Origin: an uncultured Parvularcula sp.
GTDB lineage: Bacteria > Pseudomonadota > Alphaproteobacteria > Caulobacterales > Parvularculaceae
Assembly (NCBI GenBank): GCA_937919225.1
Contig: CALFRH010000477.1
Coordinates: 546-64,545, forward strand
DNA: 64,000 bases
Reading direction: 5' to 3'
Shown: positions 1 through 8,123 of the stretch, piece by piece
Layout: each line of letters starts with the position of its first letter
Numbering within the stretch: position 1 is the first letter of the stretch
Program-made: the position numbers and the translations under genes
The notes under the pieces: model-generated
The model's database searches: none
Told to the model about the DNA's origin: nothing
What the model saw: the letters and a program-made list of their open reading frames with translations, nothing else

Positions 1-1
1 C

Positions 2-694
2 AACCTGCAAGAGATTGAGGTTATAGACGGTCGATCGCTGAGCCCTGACGAATTAAGCGACATGCTCTCCTTTGGGGATCTGGTGATCGCAACCCCCACC
101 CTTTGGCGCTACCTTGCGGACACGCTGCCTGGCATGGCCAATAATGTGATGGGTCTCTCTTTTGGCGAACGGTTTGGGGTCGATTTGGCAGGTCGATTGC
201 GCCAGCGGGGCCTTGGCGCCATGCGTGAGCTTTATGGCTCGACGGAGACAGGGGTGGTGGGCTGGCGTGATAGCCCACCCGACCCGTTCGTCCTATTTGA
301 TCACTGGACGGTGGATAAGGGAGCCCTTATCCGTGAGCGTACCGATGGCCGCCAGGCGCCGATGATGGCGATGGACGATTTAGAGTGGCATGATGAGCGG
401 TCTTTCGACCTAGGGGGGCGACGGGACGGGGCGGTGCAAATTGGTGCGGTGAATGTCTATCCCGCTGCGATTGAAACGCTGATTGAGGAACATCCCGCGG
501 TCAGCGACTGTAGTCTCCGTGTTGCCCAACGCTCAGGGGCGCTTGACCGGTTGATTGCCGATATCACCCTTAATCCAGATGCCCTACCGGATCAGGCCAT
601 GGCGTGGTCCATTGACGAATGGTGCCGAGAGCGGTTGCGTCCGCCGGAGCGTCCACGGATCTATAATTTTAATCCTGGCGGCGCTGATAAATAA
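2..694 (+). CDS. AMP-binding enzyme, 4-coumarate-CoA ligase of the photoactive yellow protein activation type (5' end outside window)
   Basis: Frame open from window start; ELYGSTETG..GWRD..DPF and GRRDGAVQIGAVNVYP motifs resemble Pcl proteins (TIGR02372-like). Confidence 0.7.
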   Translation, partial: NLQEIEVIDGRSLSPDELSDMLSFGDLVIATPTLWRYLADTLPGMANNVMGLSFGERFGVDLAGRLRQRGLGAMRELYGSTETGVVGWRDSPPDPFVLFDHWTVDKGALIRERTDGRQAPMMAMDDLEWHDERSFDLGGRRDGAVQIGAVNVYPAAIETLIEEHPAVSDCSLRVAQRSGALDRLIADITLNPDALPDQAMAWSIDEWCRERLRPPERPRIYNFNPGGADK

Positions 695-805
695 GCTTTC
701 ACGGCGCCAGGCGCTGGACCTCTCCTAACCTTGCCGTCAGTGGAGGGTGGGGGTAGTGGTATTGTTCGGTGGGAAAACGGGTCCCTTCCCGTTTTCTTAT
801 CCACC

Positions 806-1387
806 TCACCCCTCGGTGGTTTGGTCGCCAGCGTCCTCATTATACTCTTCAGTATCGTCAACTTCTTCGTCCGGATTACCGGCACGGGTCGTTGAAGCGG
901 TTGAGGGATTGCCTGATTGGCTGGCGCGGGTGAAGCGGGTGAGGGCTTGGGTCGCCACTGTGCCCAGCTCTGCGCGGCTTTCATTGCTGCCGTCGCCAAT
1001 GGCTGGCACTTGTTCACAAACATCCGTGCATGAAAAGCTATATTGAGTGCCGCCCGACTGGAGGGTCAGCATATCGCGTCGGTTGGTTTTGACCCGTACG
1101 GATAAGGTCTGGGTTTTGACCCCTGCCTCGTCAAAAACATAAATGTTGGTGACACCGGGCATTTTCCCAAAAAAGAGAATTTCCGTATTTGACTGGACGG
1201 TGACATCGGCGACCGCGGGATCACTGATGAGAAGACTTCCAATCGGTTTGTCGAAGGTCATCAGTTTTGGCGCATTGGTGCTCAACCACATTTCACCCGC
1301 TACTGCAGGGGCGATCAAAGCGAACAGCGCGCCAACGGCGCTCATAACAAACTTGCTGATGCAAGAACGGGAAGATTGACAGATCAT
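806..1387 (-). CDS. Pilus assembly protein with secretin N-terminal (T2SS/T3SS pil_N) domain, CpaI-like
   Basis: Signal peptide, then LLISDPAVADVTVQSNTEILFFGKMPGVTNIYVFD and YSFSCTDVC; adjacent to Tad locus; start uncertain (1426/1387/1345). Confidence 0.8.
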   Translation of the reverse strand: MICQSSRSCISKFVMSAVGALFALIAPAVAGEMWLSTNAPKLMTFDKPIGSLLISDPAVADVTVQSNTEILFFGKMPGVTNIYVFDEAGVKTQTLSVRVKTNRRDMLTLQSGGTQYSFSCTDVCEQVPAIGDGSNESRAELGTVATQALTRFTRASQSGNPSTASTTRAGNPDEEVDDTEEYNEDAGDQTTEG

Positions 1388-1563
1388 GGGTCTACACCCT
1401 CTTTCACCACCCGCGTTACTCATCACGAAAACATCAATAAGGTTTTAAGCCAATCCGCAGCTTCCCTTTACCGAAGTGCAAAGCCTTTATGTTTTAGTCT
1501 TCGAAAAGTTGAACCAGATGGGGATGCTTGATGTCTTCGACGCGTAAAGAGGTGGTGGGGCCA

Positions 1564-2271
1564 ATGGGGGAAGCCGAAATCCAAGCAGGTGGCGATGATG
1601 CCCTGCGGGCCGCATTGGGCCAAATTGAGTGCTTTCGGCAGGCGGACGAAACTGTCTTAACGCCCCTTTTACCTTTCGTGGAGGTGGCCTTCTATCACGA
1701 GGGCGACACAATTATTCGCCGCGGCGATTATGATGGCAGTGTTTTATACGGCCTATTAGAAGGGACGGCGCGGCTGACCAAAGCCGCTGTGTCTTCCGGT
1801 GACATCGATATGGAAGATGTGGGGCCGGGTCGTCTTATTGGGCTTGCGCCGCTCCTGGCGGGGCAAACGGGCGGGCAGGAGGGCTTGTCCCTCGTGGCCA
1901 GTACGGATCTTTCTCTCCTTTATATTGATGCCGAGGGCCTCATGTCCTTGACGCGCCGCCGGTTAAAAATGGCGACCCTATTGCTGCGTTATTGCGCGCA
2001 AGGTCTCATGGAACGCGAAGCGTCCAGCGAAGAAACCGTGGGGCCGGAACGCCGCGTCTACCGACATATTCTTTCGCTTGTTGAGCGAGCGGAGGAGGGC
2101 TTTTGGGTGCCAGAGATGCCGCGACACGCCGCTCTTGGTGAAGCGACGGGCACGTCCGACCGCGTCGCGGCAGCAGCGGTGGCGGGTCTTATCGCTGACG
2201 GGATCGCCAGACGAGATTTCCCGGGGCTGACGGTTCTCAATATGGAAGGCCTAAGGGCGCTCGCCTATTGA
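1564..2271 (+). CDS. Crp/Fnr-family cNMP-binding protein with C-terminal HTH-like region
   Basis: YHEGDTIIRRGD..LYGLLEGTARL beta-barrel signature; C-terminal MPRHAALGEATGTS..LIADGIARR; start uncertain (1528-1564). Confidence 0.8.
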   Translation: MGEAEIQAGGDDALRAALGQIECFRQADETVLTPLLPFVEVAFYHEGDTIIRRGDYDGSVLYGLLEGTARLTKAAVSSGDIDMEDVGPGRLIGLAPLLAGQTGGQEGLSLVASTDLSLLYIDAEGLMSLTRRRLKMATLLLRYCAQGLMEREASSEETVGPERRVYRHILSLVERAEEGFWVPEMPRHAALGEATGTSDRVAAAAVAGLIADGIARRDFPGLTVLNMEGLRALAY

Positions 2272-2427
2272 TGCCTGTTGACGGCTGGCCGAAAGTCTAA
2301 AAACAAAGTGAATCTTTCATTTACTAATCACCTGTTTTCATTGGGCATTTTTTTTACTTCCCGTTGTTAGGGTCACCCCATCTGGAGAGTGCAAGGCCAG
2401 ATGAGTGTCAGGAAGTAGGAGTAATCT

Positions 2428-2664
2428 ATGACCAATTTGTTCAATCGTTTCCTTAAGGACGAAGACGGGGCCACCGCCATTGAGTACGGCCTCATTGCAG
2501 CGCTTATCGCTGTTGCCATCATTACCGCTGTGACAGCTCTGGGTGACGAACTCACCAGCGCATTCGGCACAATTGAAGACGAGCTGGAAGGCGCCATCGA
2601 CGACTCTACGACGGGTACCGGAACTGGCACGGGTACTGGCACCGGTACCGGCACCAGCGGCTAA
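2428..2664 (+). CDS. pilA: Flp/PilA type IVc pilin with C-terminal (TG)7 extension
   Basis: RFLKDEDG/ATAIEYGLIAALIAV Flp prepilin motif; AGGAG RBS. Confidence 0.95.
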   Translation: MTNLFNRFLKDEDGATAIEYGLIAALIAVAIITAVTALGDELTSAFGTIEDELEGAIDDSTTGTGTGTGTGTGTGTSG

Positions 2665-2718
2665 TAGAAGAGCTTCCCAGTGAGAGGGTCCATCGGACCC
2701 TCACACCTTGGGTTTATG

Positions 2719-2766
2719 GAAGAGGCGTTGCCCTGCGTGGTTCGGCAACGCCTCTTTCTTTTGTTT
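2719..2766 (+). terminator. Rho-independent terminator after pilin (a second hairpin lies at 2680-2706)
   Basis: AAGAGGCGTTGCC...GGCAACGCCTCTT stem followed by T-rich tail. Confidence 0.8.
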
Positions 2767-2867
2767 GGGCCCTCTGTTGAGATCGTAGGCACCTCGAAAT
2801 GTCCAGGAAACGGCTTTGCAAGACTTAGTGGCTAAGGACAGCGAAGGTTGCGAAGGCGAATGAAGTC

Positions 2868-3359
2868 ATGATTGCCATTACGTCCCTATTATTCCCTGCG
2901 ATTTTGATCGCTGCTGCGGTCAATGATGTTCGCGAATTCAAAATTCCTAATCGCTTGGTGGCGGTGTTGGTCGTCGCGTGGCCTCTCGCGGCGGTGCAAA
3001 TGGGCTTGGGCTTGGACGTAATGATCCAGTCCATGATTGCGGCCATTGCGGTCTTTGTATTGGGGTTTGGGCTTTATGCTGGCAGATTGCTGGGCGCCGG
3101 TGATGTCAAACTTCTCGCCGCTGCGACACTATGGGTAGGGGCCCCGTTGGTTTTTCCTTTCCTAGTCAAGATGGCTCTTGTCGGCGCAGTCTTTGCGTTT
3201 CTCTTGCTCCGATTTCGCAACATGCCTTTATTGATGGTGGAAGCCTACTATCCCTGGCTGACAAACTTACACGAACGGCGGGACGCGATTCCCTACGGTG
3301 TGGCAATTGCCATTGCAGGCTTTATTACCTGGCCCCATACTGCCTTTTTTGCTTTTTAA
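2868..3359 (+). CDS. cpaA: Prepilin peptidase (A24)
   Basis: D..EFKIPN, LGAGDVKL, IPYGVAI motifs; hydrophobic. Confidence 0.93.
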   Translation: MIAITSLLFPAILIAAAVNDVREFKIPNRLVAVLVVAWPLAAVQMGLGLDVMIQSMIAAIAVFVLGFGLYAGRLLGAGDVKLLAAATLWVGAPLVFPFLVKMALVGAVFAFLLLRFRNMPLLMVEAYYPWLTNLHERRDAIPYGVAIAIAGFITWPHTAFFAF

Positions 3360-3367
3360 TTTCTCAA

Positions 3368-3439
3368 TTTATAATCCGTTAACGAACATTAAAAATACCT
3401 TACCTGCTTTCATCTGCAAGCGTATTAACGTTGTCTTGA
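3368..3439 (+). promoter_or_regulatory. Three near-consensus CtrA boxes upstream of cpaB
   Basis: TTTA-N7-TTAAC (3368-3383), TTAA-N7-TTAC (3389-3403), TTAA-N7-TTGA (3425-3439) versus consensus TTAA-N7-TTAA. Confidence 0.6.
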
Positions 3440-3498
3440 AGGTTAGGGCTCACAACCGCATGAGAACCAATTTTTGCGCTGCTATGTGAGGGCGATTA

Positions 3499-4260
3499 AT
3501 GAGCAAATCTCGATTGCTTATCCTATTGATCGCAATAGGGGCGGGTGGGGCTGCTTTTTTCCTGGTTGCTAATACCGGGCAAGCCCCTGTCCCCGTGGTC
3601 CAAGCCGTTCCCAGGAGTGAGGGGCCGCCAATGGTGCAGGTCCTGATTGCCACCGAAGATATTCCGCAAGGGGCCATCCTATCCCAGGAGTTGACCTCCT
3701 GGATCCGGTATCCGGAGCGGGATGTCCCTGAATTCTACGTGACCGAAGGCGATGAAGAGTTCCTCGAACGGCTTCCCCAAACCCGGGCGCGTCGCCTCAT
3801 TCGGGCAAGCGAGCCCATCATGGGCGCCAATACGGTGCGCCATGGCGAGCGAGGAATGCTGGCGGCTATTATGACCGAAGGCATGCGCGCCGTTTCGATG
3901 GGGGTTAGTGCGACACAAACCTCCGGCGGTTTTGTGCTGCCGGGAGACCGGGTCGACATTTTCGCTACCGGGAACAACCCCGATGATGATGTGGACGGCT
4001 CTACGTCGTGGATGGTCTTTTCAAATGTTCGGGTTCTGGCGGTCGATCAGGTTGCGAACCCTGGTGATGATACAAGCGCTATTGTTGGTAAGACCGTGAC
4101 GATGGAATTGCCGCCCGAGCAAGTCCCGGCCTTTTTGGAGGCACAATCTCGTTTTGGGCTGACACTTATCCTCCGGAGTGTTTTCGAAGGGGATCGGCCG
4201 CAGACGGTGGATCAAACAACTCCTGATCAAGTCGTCATTATACGGTACGGACAGGGATAG
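3499..4260 (+). CDS. cpaB: Flp pilus assembly protein CpaB
   Basis: N-terminal TM, SAF domain, GMRAVS..GGFVLPGDRVDI..NVRVLAVDQ. Confidence 0.93.
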   Translation: MSKSRLLILLIAIGAGGAAFFLVANTGQAPVPVVQAVPRSEGPPMVQVLIATEDIPQGAILSQELTSWIRYPERDVPEFYVTEGDEEFLERLPQTRARRLIRASEPIMGANTVRHGERGMLAAIMTEGMRAVSMGVSATQTSGGFVLPGDRVDIFATGNNPDDDVDGSTSWMVFSNVRVLAVDQVANPGDDTSAIVGKTVTMELPPEQVPAFLEAQSRFGLTLILRSVFEGDRPQTVDQTTPDQVVIIRYGQG

Positions 4261-4273
4261 GAGAGGTGGCGTC

Positions 4274-5728
4274 ATGACCAACAAAACCAAAGCCCCACTC
4301 GGCCTGCTGCAGTCATGCCTCATTGCCCTCACGGGCGTTTTGGCGCTCTCGGGCTTTAGCTTGGCTGCGCAAGATGTCCGTGTCGATGTAGGTGGCGAGG
4401 CGGTGACGTCTCGGGAAATCATTTTGCCGCTTGGAAAAGCAGCCATTATCGAATTGCCGCGTCCGGCGGTGGATGTCCTTGTGTCGGCACCCAATGTGGT
4501 GGAGCCGGTGATCCGCTCCCCCCGCCGCATCTATATGATGGGTCGGGAGCCGGGCCAAGCAAATGCCTTTTTCTTTGACGCGCGGAATAATCAGATCCTC
4601 AATCTTGAGATCCGCGTGGAACAAGACGCTGACGCAATCCGTTCGGTGGTCAAAAAATTGCTGCCCGATGCTCGCATCGAAGTTGAAAGCCTCAACGGCA
4701 ATGTGATTTTGCACGGGAGTGCAGATTCGCCGATGGAGGCACAGCGTGCGGTGGATGTCGCTGGCCGCTTCGCTGGTGCGGCTAATGTCGTCAACATGAT
4801 TTCCATTCGAGAGCCTGCGCAGGTGATGCTACGGGTCCGGATTGTCGAGATGCAACGGCGGCTTATTCGGCAATTGGGGATTGACCTCAATGGGGTTGCC
4901 CAGGTGGATTCAAGCGCGGTTGAGTTTGCGATTGCAAACTCATTCGCCATCTCCGGCTCTGCCCTTGGCGGGCTCAATGGCACTGTGACGACGCCGGGGC
5001 TCGGCGGGATCGATAATCTAGACTTTGCGTTTGACGTGTTCGAACAAAATGGCCTCGTGAAAACGCTGGCAGAACCGAACCTCACAGCCATCTCTGGGGA
5101 AAGCGCGAGCTTCCTTGCTGGTGGCGAGTTCCCCGTTCCCCAGGGGACGAGTGAAGGGGTCTTATCGATTTCCTTTAAAGAGTTTGGGGTTGGGCTCGAT
5201 TTCCTACCCACCGTTTTTGCGAAAGGCCGCATTCGGATGCGGTTGCGGACGGAGGTGTCGGAACTATCCGCCACCGGCGGTTTGGCGGTGGGTGCCACAA
5301 CAACAGTAGACGATGAGGGAAATCCCATCAACGTGGAAGGATTTGTGGTTCCCGGCGTGACAACCCGAAATGCTGAAACAACGGTTGAACTCCCCTCGGG
5401 CGGGTCCATCGCCATTGCTGGCCTTCTCCAGGAAAATATCAATGACTTTGTCGATGGTGTGCCAGGGATCAAAGAGACCCCGGTACTGGGGAGCCTGTTC
5501 CGAAGCCAAGAGTTCCAAAGTGAGCAGACGGAGCTTGTGATTATAGCGACGCCTTATCTGGTGGAGCCGACGCAGCTCGCCAATTTGACAGCCCCCATCA
5601 AGGGGCATGTCAGCCCTACAGCGCTCCAGTCGGTGCTGCTCGGCAAGCTTGAATCCGCCTACGGGGTGCGCGGTAGCGGGACGGGGGAGGCGCAGCTGCA
5701 AGGGCCGCTGGGCTTTATCTTGGATTAG
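4274..5728 (+). CDS. cpaC: Tad secretin CpaC/RcpA
   Basis: LAEPNLTAISGESASFLAGGEFP, PVLGSLFRS, TELVIIATPYLV; start placed at ATG after GAGAGG. Confidence 0.95.
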   Translation: MTNKTKAPLGLLQSCLIALTGVLALSGFSLAAQDVRVDVGGEAVTSREIILPLGKAAIIELPRPAVDVLVSAPNVVEPVIRSPRRIYMMGREPGQANAFFFDARNNQILNLEIRVEQDADAIRSVVKKLLPDARIEVESLNGNVILHGSADSPMEAQRAVDVAGRFAGAANVVNMISIREPAQVMLRVRIVEMQRRLIRQLGIDLNGVAQVDSSAVEFAIANSFAISGSALGGLNGTVTTPGLGGIDNLDFAFDVFEQNGLVKTLAEPNLTAISGESASFLAGGEFPVPQGTSEGVLSISFKEFGVGLDFLPTVFAKGRIRMRLRTEVSELSATGGLAVGATTTVDDEGNPINVEGFVVPGVTTRNAETTVELPSGGSIAIAGLLQENINDFVDGVPGIKETPVLGSLFRSQEFQSEQTELVIIATPYLVEPTQLANLTAPIKGHVSPTALQSVLLGKLESAYGVRGSGTGEAQLQGPLGFILD

Positions 5729-5739
5729 GGAGTGAGCAG

Positions 5740-6378
5740 ATGAACGGATTAAGACTTATCAGCCTTCTGATCACGAGCATCGCCCTTAGCGGGTGCGCTT
5801 TACTTTATAATGGCGATAATGAAGCGCTAACGGTTGCAGAGCGCCATCCCATCACGGTGGATCAGCAAACATTTTCCATGACCGTGACAGTGGACCCCAC
5901 GGTGAGCGCTCTTTCGCGCGAGGCCTTGGCAGAGCTTGATGAGTTTATGCGGGTCTATCGCACCCGGGGCCACGGACCTTTGACGGTGACGGCGCCATCG
6001 GGAACCGGCAATGACTTAGAGGGGCAGCAAACTGCCGCGCAGGTGCGTACCGCGCTGAACGCTCTGGGGCTTGCCTACACCGATATGCAAGGGGCGACCT
6101 ACCGAACAGCAGAGCGCCCTGCGCCGGTCCTAGTGTCCTTTACACAGTATGTGGCGTCAGGACCTGTGTGTGGTGTGTTCAAAGGGGGGATCGTCAATCA
6201 GTACAAGAATTTATCACCCCCAAACTTTGGGTGTGCGGATCAGCAAAACTTTGCGGCGATGGTCGCCGACCCCCGTGACTTAACGACGGTGCCTACCCCA
6301 GCGCCGTCCAATGGTTTGGGGCTGGTGACGGCAATTGAGCGTGGCGCGCTGCCTGGTGAAAGCACGCTACAGCAATAA
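5740..6378 (+). CDS. cpaD: Pilus assembly lipoprotein CpaD
   Basis: Lipobox LSGC; RHPITV; NFGCA.QQNFAAMVADPRDL. Confidence 0.92.
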   Translation: MNGLRLISLLITSIALSGCALLYNGDNEALTVAERHPITVDQQTFSMTVTVDPTVSALSREALAELDEFMRVYRTRGHGPLTVTAPSGTGNDLEGQQTAAQVRTALNALGLAYTDMQGATYRTAERPAPVLVSFTQYVASGPVCGVFKGGIVNQYKNLSPPNFGCADQQNFAAMVADPRDLTTVPTPAPSNGLGLVTAIERGALPGESTLQQ

Positions 6379-6433
6379 AGGGGCATATCGGACGTGACGT
6401 CGTGAAAAAGTCACGGTTCCGAGAGATGAGGAG

Positions 6434-8107
6434 ATGATCATGAGCGGTCATACGGCAAATCAGTCAAGCGACGGCGCAGACGATCTCGATTTTGATTTGG
6501 ACCTCGACAATTTGGATGACGAGGCCCTGCAACGGCTATTGGAAGAGGACCCCGCTCTTGAGGAAGAGTTGCGGGCCCTTGAGGCTGAAGAACTCGACCT
6601 AGTGGGGGAGGGGGGCACAGCAGCGGAAGAGCCCGTCGAAGAGAATGCCAAACAGCATATGGACGCCGATGCTGAAGGGGCCCTCGTGGTGGCTGATCCT
6701 GGTGCTGAGGGTGCGGGGGAAGTGGACGAGGACGATCTAGGTGATCCCGAGCAAAGCCCAGACGATCCGCCATTCGTTGCGGCCCCGGAACATGATGATT
6801 TAGCGGACTATGATTATAATGCCCCGGTCGCGGCTGAAGAGGTTGCTCCAGCGCCTCAAGAAGAGGTCGCGTTAGAGGCAGACGGGCTGTCCGAAGAAGA
6901 AGTCGCCCTTTCTATTCGGCCGGTCCCGCGGATCAACGTCCATGTGTTCTGTACTTCAGAAAAAATGACTAATCTGGTGGAGCAGGCATCGGCCGACCGC
7001 CGGCTGAGCAAAGCTCATGTGACTATTCAGTCTGGGGATGCTTTCTATGCCGCCGAAGTGTTCGCCCACGAAGCGACACCGAACTTGTTGGTGATTGAAG
7101 CGGGGCGAGAACCGTCAGAGCTTTTGGCGGGCCTTGACGGTCTGGCACAGGTTTGTGACCCCAGCACGCGGGTGATCATCGTTGGTGAGATCAATGATAT
7201 TCGTCTCTACCGTGAGCTGATGGACCGGGGGATTAGCGACTACGTGGTGATGCCAAAGTCGCCGTTGCATCTTATCAAAGCCATCGGGGAGCTATACGCC
7301 GATCCGTCGGCCCCTCCGATCGGGAAATCGTTCGTGTTTGTTGGTGCGCGCGGCGGCTCAGGGTCGTCGACCATCTGCCACAATGTGGCCTGGGCAATCG
7401 CAGAAGAGTTGAGAACCGATACGGTCTTGCTTGACCTTGATCTTGCCTTTGGGACAGCCAGCCTCGACTTCGAACAGGACCCAAGCCAAGGTCTAACAGA
7501 GGCCCTTTTGGCACCGGAACGATTAGACGACGTGCTTCTCGACCGGCTTTTGCAAAAATGCACCGACCGCCTCAGCCTGTTTGCTGCGCCCAACGTCTTG
7601 GAGCGGGATTATGACATGCCCGCCGAAAGCTTTGAGACGGTGGTCGACATGCTGCGTAATACGGCACCTTGCATCACCGTGGATATGCCGCACCTTTGGA
7701 GTGGGTGGTCGCGGCTCCTCCTTCAGACAGCAGACGAAATTGTCTTGACGGCGACGCCGGATCTTTCCTCTTTCCGGAACGCAAAAAACATTGTTGAAAC
7801 CATCAAAGCGCAACGCGCTAATGATGCACCGCCAATTTTGGTCCTTAATCAGACCAATGTGCCAAAACGCCCAGAAGTGCCAGCGGAACAATTTGAGGAG
7901 GCTTTAGGCCTTGCGCCCCAGGCATCAGTTGTTTGGGATCCGGTTCTTTTCGGGACAGCAGCGACGAATGCACAGGCGCTGATCGAAGTATCACCAAAAG
8001 CGAAACCCACCCAAGAAATGCGGAAATTAGCCCGTATTCTGACCGGGCGTGAAAATGAAGGGGTGAGAGGAAATGGCTTCAACCTTAAGTCCCTGTTTGG
8101 TAAGTAA
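6434..8107 (+). CDS. cpaE: CpaE/TadZ (receiver-like plus MinD-like domain) with long acidic N-terminus
   Basis: RPVPRIN, DRRLSKAH, GARGGSGSSTICHN, DLDLAFGT. Confidence 0.93.
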   Translation: MIMSGHTANQSSDGADDLDFDLDLDNLDDEALQRLLEEDPALEEELRALEAEELDLVGEGGTAAEEPVEENAKQHMDADAEGALVVADPGAEGAGEVDEDDLGDPEQSPDDPPFVAAPEHDDLADYDYNAPVAAEEVAPAPQEEVALEADGLSEEEVALSIRPVPRINVHVFCTSEKMTNLVEQASADRRLSKAHVTIQSGDAFYAAEVFAHEATPNLLVIEAGREPSELLAGLDGLAQVCDPSTRVIIVGEINDIRLYRELMDRGISDYVVMPKSPLHLIKAIGELYADPSAPPIGKSFVFVGARGGSGSSTICHNVAWAIAEELRTDTVLLDLDLAFGTASLDFEQDPSQGLTEALLAPERLDDVLLDRLLQKCTDRLSLFAAPNVLERDYDMPAESFETVVDMLRNTAPCITVDMPHLWSGWSRLLLQTADEIVLTATPDLSSFRNAKNIVETIKAQRANDAPPILVLNQTNVPKRPEVPAEQFEEALGLAPQASVVWDPVLFGTAATNAQALIEVSPKAKPTQEMRKLARILTGRENEGVRGNGFNLKSLFGK

Positions 8108-8123
8108 GGGTAAGGCGTGAACC

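Noticed and set aside
2611-2655. Pilin TG repeat as a phase-variable microsatellite
   Set aside because: Codons are synonymous variants, not a perfect DNA repeat
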